The translations under genes were made by a program, and so were the position numbers. Of a DNA stretch of 64,000 nucleotides, positions 27,999 to 38,443 are shown piece by piece; the first letter of the stretch is position 1; each line of letters opens with the position of its first letter. Origin of the DNA: an uncultured candidate division Zixibacteria bacterium (GTDB lineage Bacteria > Zixibacteria > MSB-5A5 > RBG-16-43-9); NCBI GenBank assembly GCA_963713865.1, contig OY970208.1:512001-576000 (forward strand). Reading direction: 5' to 3'. The notes under the pieces were generated by a model, which did not search any database, was not told the DNA's origin, and worked only from the letters and a program-made list of their open reading frames with translations.

Positions 27999-28736
27999 AT
28001 GAAGGGAATTATCTTAGCTGGTGGGTTGGGAACCAGGCTATATCCTTTAACCAAGATCACTAATAAACACCTCCTTCCGGTCTATGACCGCCCTATGATT
28101 TTCCATCCTGTTCAGACCCTGATCAATGCCGGGATAAGAGATATCTTGATCGTTACTGGCGGTAATAATGCTGGAGATTTTTTGCGTCTCTTAGGAAACG
28201 GAAAAAGTTTTGGACTCAAACACATAAATTACACCTATCAGGAAAAAGAAGGTGGGATAGCAGAAGCAGTCAGCCTGGCTGAGCATTTTGCCGAAGGGGA
28301 GAAAGTTTTGATTATGTTGGGAGATAACATAATCGAGGGGAATCTCCAGAAAGCAGTGGAGGATTTTAAATCCCAGAGAAGTGGAGCTAAAATCCTTTTA
28401 AAAGAGGTCGATAATCCCAAAGAGTACGGTATCGCTCAGATCAAGAACGGCAAGATTATAAAAATAGAGGAAAAGCCAAAAAGACCTAAAAGTAACTATG
28501 CGGTTATCGGAATCTATATGTATGATAACCAGGTATTTGATATAGTTCGAACTTTAAAACCTTCAGCTCGAGGGGAATTAGAGATAACTGATGTGAACAA
28601 TGCTTATCTCGAAGAGGGGAACCTTACCTACTCTTTTCTAAAAGGTTACTGGCTGGATGCGGGGGAATCAATCGATGCTCTATTAAAAGCCAATAAAATT
28701 GTGGCTCAAAAAGGGGCGAACAAAAAGTATTTTTAG
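27999..28736 (+). CDS. rmlA: Glucose-1-phosphate thymidylyltransferase
   Basis: GIILAGGLGTRLYPLT, KHLLPVYDRPMI, RGELEITD. Confidence 0.9.
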   Translation: MKGIILAGGLGTRLYPLTKITNKHLLPVYDRPMIFHPVQTLINAGIRDILIVTGGNNAGDFLRLLGNGKSFGLKHINYTYQEKEGGIAEAVSLAEHFAEGEKVLIMLGDNIIEGNLQKAVEDFKSQRSGAKILLKEVDNPKEYGIAQIKNGKIIKIEEKPKRPKSNYAVIGIYMYDNQVFDIVRTLKPSARGELEITDVNNAYLEEGNLTYSFLKGYWLDAGESIDALLKANKIVAQKGANKKYF

Positions 28737-28745
28737 GGATTAAAG

Positions 28746-29201
28746 ATGATTCAGGGAGTGAGGCAGAAAAAACTTAAAATCATCCCGGATGAGAGGGGAA
28801 AGCTAATGGAGCTTTTAAGATCGGATGAAGAGCTTTTCATACAGTTCGGGCAGGTATATATGACCACTGCCTATCCCGGGGTGGTAAAAGGCTGGCATTT
28901 CCATAAGAAGCAGATCGACAATTTCATCGTGATAAAGGGGATGATTAAGTTAGTCTTATATGATAACCGGGATGATTCCCCTACCAAAGGGGAGATCAAT
29001 GAATTTTTCCTCGGAGAGGACAACCCGCTCTTAATTCAGATACCACCTCTGGTATTACACGGGTTCAAATGTATAAGTCCTGAAGAGGCGATCTGCATCA
29101 ACTGCCCAACTGAAGCTTATAATTATCTTCAGCCGGACGAATATCGCATCCCTCCTCATACGGATGAGGTCCCCTATAAATGGGAAAGAAAGGATGGATG
29201 A
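28746..29201 (+). CDS. rmlC: dTDP-4-dehydrorhamnose 3,5-epimerase
   Basis: DERG, GWHFH, IPPLVLHGF cupin motifs. Confidence 0.85.
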   Translation: MIQGVRQKKLKIIPDERGKLMELLRSDEELFIQFGQVYMTTAYPGVVKGWHFHKKQIDNFIVIKGMIKLVLYDNRDDSPTKGEINEFFLGEDNPLLIQIPPLVLHGFKCISPEEAICINCPTEAYNYLQPDEYRIPPHTDEVPYKWERKDG

Positions 29202-30238
29202 TGAAGCTTCTGGTCACCGGGGGGGCGGGCTTTATCGGTTCCAACTTCATCTATTATATTTTAAAGAATTATCCCCGATATCAAATCGTAAACTTAGATA
29301 AGCTTACCTATGCTGGTAATTTAGATAACCTTTCTGATATAGATTCTTCCCCTGATTATAAGTTTATCAAAGGTGATATCTGCGATCAGAAACTGGTGGA
29401 AGAGATTCTCTCACAAAATATTGATGTAATTATAAATTTCGCTGCAGAAAGCCATGTTGACCGGAGTTTGTATGACCCTAAAAGCTTTGTCCAATCTAAT
29501 ATTTTAGGCACTCAGGTTTTATTAGAATCAGCCTTAAAGTTCAAACTTAAAAGATTTATTCAGATCTCCACAGATGAAGTATATGGAAGCATAGAGAAAG
29601 GGAAATTTTTTACTGAAGAAAGTCAGCTTCTACCCAATAGCCCCTATTCAGCCAGCAAAGCTGGTGCAGACCTTTTAGTCCGGTCCTATTTTAAAACTTT
29701 TAAACTTCCTGCTTTGATTACCCGCTCATCTAATAATTACGGGTCTTACCAGTTCCCGGAAAAGTTGATCCCCTTGTTTATCACCAACGCCTTAGAGGAT
29801 AAAGAACTCCCGATTTACGGTGATGGACTTTATATCCGGGACTGGATTTACGTAGAAGATAATTGCCAGGGTATTGATTTAGTCCTACATAAAGGTAAAG
29901 AGGGTGAGATCTATAATCTCGGTGGGGGTGCGGAAAAAACCAACCTAGAGATAACAAATCTTATCCTTGAATATCTGAATAAACCCCAGAGTTTAATAAA
30001 ATATGTCAAAGACCGACCAGCCCACGATAGAAGGTATGCTCTAAATTCCGCTAAAAGCGAAAAAGAATTAGGGTTCAGACCGAAAGCAAAGTTGGAGCAA
30101 GGGCTTAAAAAGACTGTGGAGTGGTATCTTAAAAATAGAAGCTGGTGGGAAAAAGTAAAAAGCGGAGAATATCTTAAATACTATGAGAAACATTATCTAT
30201 CCAGAATGGAACCATTCGGAAAAAGAGAAAAGGTATGA
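29198..30238 (+). CDS. rmlB: dTDP-glucose 4,6-dehydratase
   Basis: GGAGFIGSN, DKLTYAGN, AAESHVDRS, STDEVYG, YSASK. Confidence 0.95.
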   Translation: MMKLLVTGGAGFIGSNFIYYILKNYPRYQIVNLDKLTYAGNLDNLSDIDSSPDYKFIKGDICDQKLVEEILSQNIDVIINFAAESHVDRSLYDPKSFVQSNILGTQVLLESALKFKLKRFIQISTDEVYGSIEKGKFFTEESQLLPNSPYSASKAGADLLVRSYFKTFKLPALITRSSNNYGSYQFPEKLIPLFITNALEDKELPIYGDGLYIRDWIYVEDNCQGIDLVLHKGKEGEIYNLGGGAEKTNLEITNLILEYLNKPQSLIKYVKDRPAHDRRYALNSAKSEKELGFRPKAKLEQGLKKTVEWYLKNRSWWEKVKSGEYLKYYEKHYLSRMEPFGKREKV

Positions 30239-31131
30239 GGGTTTTAATCACCGGCTCTAATGGCCTTTTAGGTCAGAAGCTGGTTAAAATTTTTTCTTCT
30301 GATCATCAGACCACAGGAATCGATCTCCAGATTGAGTCTTTCATTCCAGAAGAAAATTTTACTTATCAAAATCTTAGCATCTTTCAGACAGAAAATCTCG
30401 CAGGGTTTATTTATACTTTAAATCCAGAGGTGGTGATAAATACTGCCGCATACACGGATGTGGATGGTTGTGAGGATAACAAAGAGTCAGCCTGGGAAAC
30501 AAATGTGGAAGGAGTAAAAAATCTTGCAGATTTATGCAGGATAATGAACGCTAAATTGGTACAACTTTCCACTGATTATATCTTCGATGGAAAAAATGGA
30601 CCCTATTCAGAAGAGGATATTCCAAATCCGGTTGGTTATTACGGTCTTACCAAGTTAGAAAGCGAGAAGGAAATTTTCGAAAGTAAGATAGATTTCTTAA
30701 TCGTTCGCACCAATGTCCTTTATGGAAAAGGTGAAAATTTAAGACCAAATTTTGTCTTGTGGTTAATCCAGAAACTATCAAATAAAGAAAAAGTTAGAAT
30801 AGTCACTGACCAGTATAATAACCCCACTTTAGCAGACAACTTAGCAGATGCCATAAAAGAATCAGTGCAAAAGAATATCTCCGGGATTTTGAATATCGCT
30901 GGAAGCGAATACCTTTCCCGTTATGATTTCGCTTTGAAAGTATCAAAAAAATTTAATTTCGACAAAAATCTAATTTCTCCTGCCCTAACTTCAGAGTTAA
31001 AACAGAATGCCCCACGACCTTTTAGGGGCGGTCTCAAAATCGATAAAGCCAAAAAACTCCTTAAAACCGAGCTTCTGGACATAGAAAAAGGATTGGAATT
31101 TATGAAGCAGGGACGTGTTTTCCTGCAATAG
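30235..31131 (+). CDS. rmlD: dTDP-4-dehydrorhamnose reductase
   Basis: TGSNGLLG, AAYTDVD, STDYIFDG, YGLTK. Confidence 0.92.
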   Translation: MRVLITGSNGLLGQKLVKIFSSDHQTTGIDLQIESFIPEENFTYQNLSIFQTENLAGFIYTLNPEVVINTAAYTDVDGCEDNKESAWETNVEGVKNLADLCRIMNAKLVQLSTDYIFDGKNGPYSEEDIPNPVGYYGLTKLESEKEIFESKIDFLIVRTNVLYGKGENLRPNFVLWLIQKLSNKEKVRIVTDQYNNPTLADNLADAIKESVQKNISGILNIAGSEYLSRYDFALKVSKKFNFDKNLISPALTSELKQNAPRPFRGGLKIDKAKKLLKTELLDIEKGLEFMKQGRVFLQ

Positions 31132-31237
31132 GCGGATGCCGTAATAAGGTTTTCGTACCGCGGCCCTTTCAGGGTCGCCCCCTGCTTATAGTTTTGTAGG
31201 TCAAGCATGCCCTTAAGACTGCTTGATATAATAGCTT

Positions 31238-31918
31238 ATGAAGAATAAATTTACTGAAATTACTAAAAAAATGAACATATCTAAGATTCTAAAAGAGAAC
31301 AAACGATTCTGGGAGAAATGCTTTGCAGATTTAGATTTCAAATCTACCCCCAGCGAAAATGTGTTAGAGGTTATTGAACGGTTGAAAAAATACAATGTCA
31401 ATAAAGTATTGGATTTGGGTTGTGGTTTCGGCAGGTGGAGCGTGGCACTCGCTCAGGCTGGCTTTCAAGTTAAAGCAGTTGATATCTCCTCAGAAGCGAT
31501 AAAAAAAGTTCAAAAATGGGCAGAAGAAGAAGGCCTTTCCATTAAGACTCAGGTATGCTCTGCCCAGGAACTTGTCTCTGAGAATGAAAGTTTAGATGCA
31601 ATTATCTGCAATTCAGTCTTAGACCATATGCCTCTGGCTGAAGCTTACAAGAGTATGCTAAATATTAAAAATGTCTTAAAGCCAGGTGGCATCGCTTATA
31701 TCTCTTTCGATGGATTAGAGGAGGATCCAAAAGAGTTTGTGCTACTTAATGATGGAACCAGAAGATATATATCCGGGAAGCGCAAAGGAATGCTGTGGAG
31801 GTTTTATAACGACGAAGAAATCAAAGACTTATGTGAAAAAATGGAGATATTAGAGTTTAGAGTAAAAAGGAATGGGAAAAGAGAGATCTGGGTACGCAAA
31901 AAGCAAAATGCAGAATAA
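31238..31918 (+). CDS. Class I SAM-dependent methyltransferase
   Basis: VLDLGCGFGR, AVDIS, LKPGG. Confidence 0.85.
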   Translation: MKNKFTEITKKMNISKILKENKRFWEKCFADLDFKSTPSENVLEVIERLKKYNVNKVLDLGCGFGRWSVALAQAGFQVKAVDISSEAIKKVQKWAEEEGLSIKTQVCSAQELVSENESLDAIICNSVLDHMPLAEAYKSMLNIKNVLKPGGIAYISFDGLEEDPKEFVLLNDGTRRYISGKRKGMLWRFYNDEEIKDLCEKMEILEFRVKRNGKREIWVRKKQNAE

Positions 31919-31962
31919 TCTAGTGGGTCAAGCCAGAGTGGAAAGCTACGGATTTCTAAAAT

Positions 31963-31992
31963 AAAAAAGTCCGCTTTCTTCGCGGACTTTTT
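31963..31992. terminator. Bidirectional terminator
   Basis: AAAAAAGTCCGC-TTTCTTC-GCGGACTTTTT between convergent genes. Confidence 0.75.
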
Positions 31993-32015
31993 CATAAAAC
32001 TATGTTACTCAGATT

Positions 32016-32783
32016 TTATTTTCTTCTTCTTATGTAATTAAACGCTCCTAAACCTAAAAGACCGCTCCCCAGAAGGATTATTGTTCCTGGTTCAGGCTGG
32101 GCTATTAGATATCTTTCATCCACTCCAGTTATATTAGAAGCATCTGCCATAAAATTATCATAATGAACTTCGACTGCCGGAGCATTTCCTGCGCTACCAT
32201 CATTACCTGCTTCCATAAAAACCCTTACAGACGAATTATACCCGTAAGGAAGTACAATACTATTTACTAACTGCCAATCACCAGCGGAATAATAATAAGC
32301 GGAAAGTGTAGAACCAAATCTACCCAATCTGAATTTACCATTAAAATCTGATGTGACTGAAACATATCCAGTTTGCCAGCTTCCATCCACCATAAAATCA
32401 ACCTGTTCGTAATACTGAAGGTTATTCACATCAAATTTTCGAGACATTAGCATTGCGAAAGTATTATCTTTTGCCCATATCCCTAAAGTAGCGCTACTAA
32501 AATAAGTATCAAAATCAATTAAATCAAAATCAACATTTGTAATGAAATCACCTGCAAGATTGAAATTGGAAGATACCTGACCTCTACCCCCTCTTCTACC
32601 TTCTGTTGTTTTTAAGTTAAGATAACCATTTTCCACAGATGCATAACCATAGTCATGTGAATAATCATTCCACAGAGCTGGATCAAATGAATCAAAATTA
32701 TCATTTAACAGGATCTGGGAATAGGCTGAAGTAGCTAATAAAAGGATGATTGCTAAGCTTAAAACTGTTATTTTCTTTTTCAT
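32016..32783 (-). CDS. PEP-CTERM sorting-domain protein
   Basis: Signal peptide; C-terminus QPEPGTIILLGSGLLGLGAFNYIRRRK (PEP, TM helix, Arg cluster). Confidence 0.92.
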   Translation of the reverse strand: MKKKITVLSLAIILLLATSAYSQILLNDNFDSFDPALWNDYSHDYGYASVENGYLNLKTTEGRRGGRGQVSSNFNLAGDFITNVDFDLIDFDTYFSSATLGIWAKDNTFAMLMSRKFDVNNLQYYEQVDFMVDGSWQTGYVSVTSDFNGKFRLGRFGSTLSAYYYSAGDWQLVNSIVLPYGYNSSVRVFMEAGNDGSAGNAPAVEVHYDNFMADASNITGVDERYLIAQPEPGTIILLGSGLLGLGAFNYIRRRK

Positions 32784-32822
32784 ATCTCACTCTCCTTATC
32801 TAATTTTTCCATAATAAATACC

Positions 32823-32839
32823 AGCAATTAATATGCCAA
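32823..32839 (-). promoter_or_regulatory. sigma54 (-24/-12) promoter of the PEP-CTERM gene
   Basis: TTGGCATATTAATTGCT, GG-N10-GC. Confidence 0.8.
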
Positions 32840-32863
32840 AACCCTGAATTATGTTTAAAGCCA

Positions 32864-32929
32864 TAACTTATTGATATAAAACAAATTAAAAGTACCAATA
32901 TCCGCCAAAATTATTTAATCAAAATCTTG
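32864..32929. promoter_or_regulatory. Two IHF consensus sites
   Basis: TATCAATAAGTTA (minus strand, 32864-32876) and AATCAAAATCTTG (32917-32929) match WATCAANNNNTTR. Confidence 0.6.
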
Positions 32930-33203
32930 AGCTTTAAATATGTTCAATTTGCTGACAGACTCAATTCAACAAAATCGGGATTTTAGGCTTAACTCATTGA
33001 ACATTAGAAGATTAAAGATTCACTTTTTTGAGTTCAGACAAATGACATTTTTAATATTAATCTGACACAGGAAAAAATTACTTCTTTGATTGAAATATAT
33101 TCCATTTTTTGATCATTGTTTATTCACATTTCTAAAAACCTATAAAACCTTAATTCTTTAACATTCAAAGAGATACATCCAAAACTTGTATAGTTATTTA
33201 GTG

Positions 33204-33220
33204 TAGGCATACCTTTTGCT
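33204..33220 (+). promoter_or_regulatory. sigma54 promoter of glycan operon 1
   Basis: TAGGCATACCTTTTGCT, GG-N10-GC. Confidence 0.75.
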
Positions 33221-33227
33221 AAAAATT

Positions 33228-33402
33228 TGAACAGAATTTAGTTAAGATTTTCTTAATGTTGCCGAATTGACTCAAAAGGATAAGCTATGTCCCAGGAAGG
33301 GGCGATAAAAAGCAAAAGAGCTTGTCCACTAAAAATGGACTCAAGCAACTTTAGCAGGAGGCTAAAGACAAACTGCCGGAGAAGAAAAGGGGGGTTTTTC
33401 AA
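33228..33402 (+). ncRNA. Conserved structured 5' leader, copy 1 (unassigned family)
   Basis: Paralog at 50290-50465; hairpins GTCCC-AGGAA-GGGGC, GTCCA-N7-TGGAC, CTTTAGC-AGGAG-GCTAAAG. Confidence 0.6.
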
Positions 33403-33456
33403 GTCATTTAGAATCCAGGATATTACTTAAACTGTTTTTAATTAAAAAACAATTCT

Positions 33457-34203
33457 ATGATCGATTTACATACACATCTTCTTCCGGGAATAGATGATGG
33501 AGCAAAATCTATGGAGGAAGCAATCCAGATGATAAAAGAAGGAAGGGAAATAGGGATAACTGCAATCTGCACCACACCCCATCTTTCAACCAATTTTAAG
33601 AAAACTAAAACGGAAAAAGTTGTAGAGATTTTCTTAAAACTTCAGGAAAGAATGGCTCAAGAAAAAATTGATATCCAGCTCTATTTGGGAAGCGAGATAG
33701 ATTTGAGGGAGGATCTTAGCTCAATGAAAGACCTCCCTTGCTTTTTCCTGAACCATACTCAGAAATATTTATTCCTGGAACTCCCCTTAGGAGAATTCCC
33801 TTCCTTTACAGAGAGGATACTTTTCTCCTTACTGATAGAAGGTCTATCTCCAATTCTGGCACATCCGGAAAGAAGTTTAAATCAAGAAATTGACTTTGAA
33901 AGATTAGGGAAGCTAAAAGATTCAGGAATTCTAATCCAGCTTAACGCTGGTTCCCTTTTAGGAAGTTTCGGTAAAAAAGTTCAAAGGTCAGCTTTGAAGT
34001 TATTAGAAAAAGATCTGGTGGATCTGTTAGCCAGTGATGCACATGACTCAAATAACCGACCTATAACCATTCTATCAGAAGCTTTTAAAAGGATAAAAAA
34101 TGATTTTGGGGAGGAAAAAGCAAGAGAACTTTTTGAGGAGAATCCCCAAAAAATCCTTCAAGCGGAAGATATTGAAAGAAAAATGAGAATAAAATACTTC
34201 TAA
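33457..34203 (+). CDS. CpsB/YwqE-family PHP protein-tyrosine phosphatase
   Basis: MIDLHTHLLPGIDDG, TPH, LAHPER, ASDAH. Confidence 0.9.
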   Translation: MIDLHTHLLPGIDDGAKSMEEAIQMIKEGREIGITAICTTPHLSTNFKKTKTEKVVEIFLKLQERMAQEKIDIQLYLGSEIDLREDLSSMKDLPCFFLNHTQKYLFLELPLGEFPSFTERILFSLLIEGLSPILAHPERSLNQEIDFERLGKLKDSGILIQLNAGSLLGSFGKKVQRSALKLLEKDLVDLLASDAHDSNNRPITILSEAFKRIKNDFGEEKARELFEENPQKILQAEDIERKMRIKYF

Positions 34204-34216
34204 CCAAGGTGGAAAA

Positions 34217-34714
34217 ATGAAAAGAGTAAAAAAGTTAATCAGCCTGGGTTTAGTATTCTACCTATTCTTTTTTCAGGTATCAAGTTTAGTCTGGGCTCAG
34301 GTGGAAGAAAAAGAGGGAACTCTGAGGAATGCCGGCTCAAACTATTTTCTTGCTCCCGGAACTAATAACCAGCTTTTAATTAAAGTGAATGTCTGGGGTG
34401 AGGTATTTAAGCCAGGGATTGTGGAGGTGCCGGATAATACTGATCTGCTCTCTCTGCTTTCCATAGCAGGAGGACCGACTGAAAATGCCCGGCTCAGCAA
34501 AGTTAAAATCCTGAGACATTTTTCCCAGAACAAAACCATCACCGTGAATGTCAAAGATTTTGTTCGAGATGGCAAAGCTGAAGAGATACCTTTAATCAAA
34601 CCGGGGGACACAGTTATAGTTCCTCGAAACAGCTTCCATACGGTTACAAAATATATAACCTTTGTCTATAATTTAGCAGTGATAGCCAGCGTGATTAAAC
34701 TTTTTACTCAATAA
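34217..34714 (+). CDS. SLBB-domain polysaccharide export accessory protein (Wza-like fragment)
   Basis: VNVWGEVFKPG, LLSIAGG, IKPGDTVIVP. Confidence 0.75.
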   Translation: MKRVKKLISLGLVFYLFFFQVSSLVWAQVEEKEGTLRNAGSNYFLAPGTNNQLLIKVNVWGEVFKPGIVEVPDNTDLLSLLSIAGGPTENARLSKVKILRHFSQNKTITVNVKDFVRDGKAEEIPLIKPGDTVIVPRNSFHTVTKYITFVYNLAVIASVIKLFTQ

Positions 34715-34728
34715 TAAGGAGTAGTAAA

Positions 34729-36997
34729 TTGGAAGAGCAGAATAGAATAGCCCAGGTTCAAAAAGAGATCTCCTTTCAGGACTACCTGATAATCCTGAAG
34801 AGGAGAGGGTGGATCATAATCAGTTCTTTTTTAATAATCCTTCTCTCCGCTGGAATCTTTTCTTTTATCGCTCAGCCGATCTACGAGTCTTTTACTACCT
34901 TGATGATCGAGGAAGATGGAGGGATGAAGAAAGATATTTTTGAGATCTCCTCTTACTTAAAGCAGGAGACGATGATCAAAAACCAGGTGGAGATACTTAA
35001 AAGTCGAACTCTGACTGAATCGGTTCTACAGGTCCTTTTATCCTCCCCTTATAAAAGAGTCTGGGAAGAAAAAGCTCTGGGGAAAAGAGCCGATAGGGTC
35101 AAAACTAACGATATGGTCTTGATCCTGCAGAACAATATCAAGGTGGTACCTTTAAAGGAGACTGATATAATTCAGGTTAAAGCAACCGCTCCGGATCCTG
35201 ATCTGGCTGCATTTTTAGTCAACACCATTGCAGAAGAATACTATAAACAAAGCCTCCAGGTCAGCCGGGGAGAGATCACCGAGGTACGCCAGTTCTTAGA
35301 GGAACAGCTTTTGAGCATTCAAAAAGAGTTGCAGCAAGCTGAAGAGGCTCTAAGAACATATAAAGAGCAAGAAAAGGTTGCCGCCCTACCTGAAGAAACC
35401 GAAGAGCTGGTAAAACAGTTAGCCGGTTTTGAGTCCATGTATAATGAAGCAAAAACCGATCTGGAAGCCAATCAGAAAAGACTTACCTATATGCAAAACC
35501 AGCTTTCGGAGAGAAAAAGTCATTTAGTGGAAGATGTATCTCAGGTCTCCAGTCCTTTGATAACTCAATTACGGCAGGAGATGGCAAATTTAGAAGGGAT
35601 GAGAGCGGGATTTTTAGCCCAGGGTTTCCCGGAAGACCATCCCAAGATGGTAGAAACAGTCAATCGCATAGAGGATATAAAGCAGAAACTCATAAAGGAA
35701 ACCACCCAGTTAATTTCTAAAGAGCTTTCTTCTTCGGACCCTTTAGCCTATTCCCGGGAGTTAGTGGAGAAGATTTTAACCCTGGATATAGAGATTCAAT
35801 CTTTAACTGCTAAATCAGAGGCATTAAAGAGAATTGTGGATACCTACTCAGATAATCTCAACACCCTGCCGGAAAAAAGCCTTAAATTAGTTCGCCTGGA
35901 GAGAAATGCCAAGGTGGGAGAAAATATCTTCTTAATGTTAAAGGAAAAATATGAGGAATCACGCATAAGTGAGGCTGGACAGATCGGAAGTGTGAGGATC
36001 ATAGATAAAGCCTTACCTCCGGAGAGCCCCATAAAACCTAAAAAGAAAATAAACATTCTTTTAGGTGCGCTCCTGGGTCTGGGATTAGGATTGGGAATGG
36101 CATTTTTTGTGGAGAGGCTGGATAATTCCCTAAAGAGTATAGAGGATGTGGAAAGAGCTGGCCTTTCGATCTTAGGCTCGATACCTCTGATAAAAAGCAG
36201 TAAAGATAAAAAATCAAAGAAAAAAGAAGAGAAGTCTGAAGACTATCAAATAAAAAGAATTGCCTCAAATTTAGTAACTCATTTCGAGCCAAAGTCACCT
36301 ATCTCTGAGGCATATCGTACCTTCAGGACTAATCTGCAATTTGCCAGAACTTGATTCACCCTTGAGGACTATTCTGGTAACCAGTTCAGGGCCAGGCGAG
36401 GGTAAATCTACCACTGTAGCTAATTTGGCAATTACCATGGCTCAGATGGGAACCAAAACTCTTTTAATCGATTCAGACTTAAGGCGTCCGGTCTTACACT
36501 CTATCTTTAGTCTCCAGAGAAATCCGGGGTTGACCAACTATCTGGCAGGAAACGTTCCCTTAGTAGAAATTATCCAAGCAACTCCTATAGAAAACTTAAG
36601 TGTCTTAACCTGTGGAGTCCTGCCTCCTAACCCTTCTGAGCTTTTAGGCTCAAAGAAAATGAAGACCCTTTTAGAAGAGCTGAAAGGAAAATATGAGATG
36701 ATCCTGTTTGATTCTCCACCGGTAATAGCAGTAACTGATGCCGCAGTGTTATCGACCTTATTGGATGGAGTGGTTTTAATAGCATCATCCGGACATACTT
36801 CCAGAGAGGCATTAGTAAGAGCGACTACTTTGTTGCAGAATGTCAATAGCAGGTTAATAGGCGGAGTCCTAAATAAGATCAAAGTGGAAAACATTTACGG
36901 TTCATATCACTATTACTACTATTACCACTACTATGGAGGAACTAAACAGAAGAGGAAAAAAAGAACGGCAGAAGAGGTAAAGGTTAATGTCTCATAG
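34729..36997 (+). CDS. wzc: Wzc polysaccharide co-polymerase/BY-kinase; +1 frameshift near 36348, likely an error
   Basis: Wzz domain, PESPIKPKK, EAYRTFRTNL, then GPGEGKST, DSDLRRP, DSPP and a Tyr cluster YHYYYYYHYY. Confidence 0.88.
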
Positions 36998-38429
36998 CAA
37001 AGCCTTTGTCATTTTTAAAAACTCAGGTACCTTGGGGATTTCCACATTTGTAGGAAAGATTTTTTACTTATTATTATTCATTATAATCGGAAGGTATTTA
37101 GGACCTTCGGATTTAGGGAAGTTCAGTTTTGCTATGTCCTTCGCTGCCATATTCTTTTTGGTAAATGATTTAGGGATAAGAATCCTGGCAGTAAGAGATG
37201 TTTCCCAAGATAAAAACTTGACTGGAAAATATCTAGGGAATTTAGTATTACTAAAGCTCTTCTTGGCTGCCTTTGCCTTCTTAGGGGTATTTGCTATGAT
37301 TAACCTTATGGGATATCCCAAGGAAACGGTTATCATTGTTACCCTTATAGGCTTAGCTTCTCTCTTGATTCACTTTTCTACGAGCTTTAGATGGATTTTT
37401 CAGGCTTATCAGAGGCTGGAGTATGAGTCACTAATTGGTGTTATTGAGAACTTGGGTAACTTAATTCTAGGATGTTTGGCAATGATACTCAACTTACGAA
37501 TTGTTGGCATCGGCTATGGCATGATTATTGTGGGAGCTTTTATTGTTATTATCTCCTGGTTTGTAGTGAACAGAAAATTCCACAGAGTAAAAATCGAAAT
37601 AGATTTACCATTCTGGAAAGATTTGTTGAGTAAGTCCATCCCTTTTGCTTTGATGCTGGTCTTCGCCACTTTATATCTTAATGCAGACACAGTTCTGCTC
37701 TCCTTATTCAAAGGTGACCATGCAGTGGGGCTTTACAATGCGGCTAATCGGTTAGCCCTAGCTTTAAGAATGTTTCCTGCAGTATTTATCTCCGCTTTTT
37801 TCCCGATAGCCTCTGAGCTCTCTAAAGTCTCTAAAGTTGAGCTTAGTAGCTTTTTAGAAAAATCCTTAGCTTTGATGGTTTCCTTAGCTTTACCCTTGTG
37901 CGTTGGCACAACTTTTCTTGCAGAAAAAATTATTACTTTCTTTTATGGTCAAAAATTTAGTGGTTCGGCATTAGTTCTACAGATAACTATTTGGGGCACC
38001 TTCTGCATGTTTTTAAGTGTCGTTTTGGGATACACTTTGATATCTCTGGGAAAACAAAAAATATATACTCTGATAACTGGTTTGGGTTTAGGAGTTAACC
38101 TAGTGATTAATTTCAGCTTGATCCCTAGATTTGCTCAGTCTGGAAGTGCCATAGCCATTCTATGTACTGAGCTTTTTATCCTAGTGGCAGTATTTTACTC
38201 AATTGTAAAATTACTTGATTTCAAGATGAAAGGATTTCTGCCCTCGGTCATGAAAATAAGTGCCGCCTGTTTGGTTATGCTGGGAGTGATATACTTAACT
38301 AAAGATTTTCATCTCCTGTTGTCTGTTGGATTAGGAACAATAAGCTATTTCACCGCTCTTTTCGCATTCAAAGGGATATATGGATATAATCTATATAGAA
38401 TTAAAGAACTAATTTTAGTGCGACTTTAA
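36987..38429 (+). CDS. wzx: Wzx flippase
   Basis: RYLGPSDLG, DLGI, VGLYNAA; ~14 TM helices. Confidence 0.88.
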   Translation: MSHSKAFVIFKNSGTLGISTFVGKIFYLLLFIIIGRYLGPSDLGKFSFAMSFAAIFFLVNDLGIRILAVRDVSQDKNLTGKYLGNLVLLKLFLAAFAFLGVFAMINLMGYPKETVIIVTLIGLASLLIHFSTSFRWIFQAYQRLEYESLIGVIENLGNLILGCLAMILNLRIVGIGYGMIIVGAFIVIISWFVVNRKFHRVKIEIDLPFWKDLLSKSIPFALMLVFATLYLNADTVLLSLFKGDHAVGLYNAANRLALALRMFPAVFISAFFPIASELSKVSKVELSSFLEKSLALMVSLALPLCVGTTFLAEKIITFFYGQKFSGSALVLQITIWGTFCMFLSVVLGYTLISLGKQKIYTLITGLGLGVNLVINFSLIPRFAQSGSAIAILCTELFILVAVFYSIVKLLDFKMKGFLPSVMKISAACLVMLGVIYLTKDFHLLLSVGLGTISYFTALFAFKGIYGYNLYRIKELILVRL

Positions 38430-38443
38430 AAGGAATTTATAGG

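Noticed and set aside
33277-33310. Canonical JUMPstart/ops element in the duplicated leader
   Set aside because: GGGGCGATAA / GGGGCGAAAA lacks the GGCGGTAG ops core; kept only as an analogy
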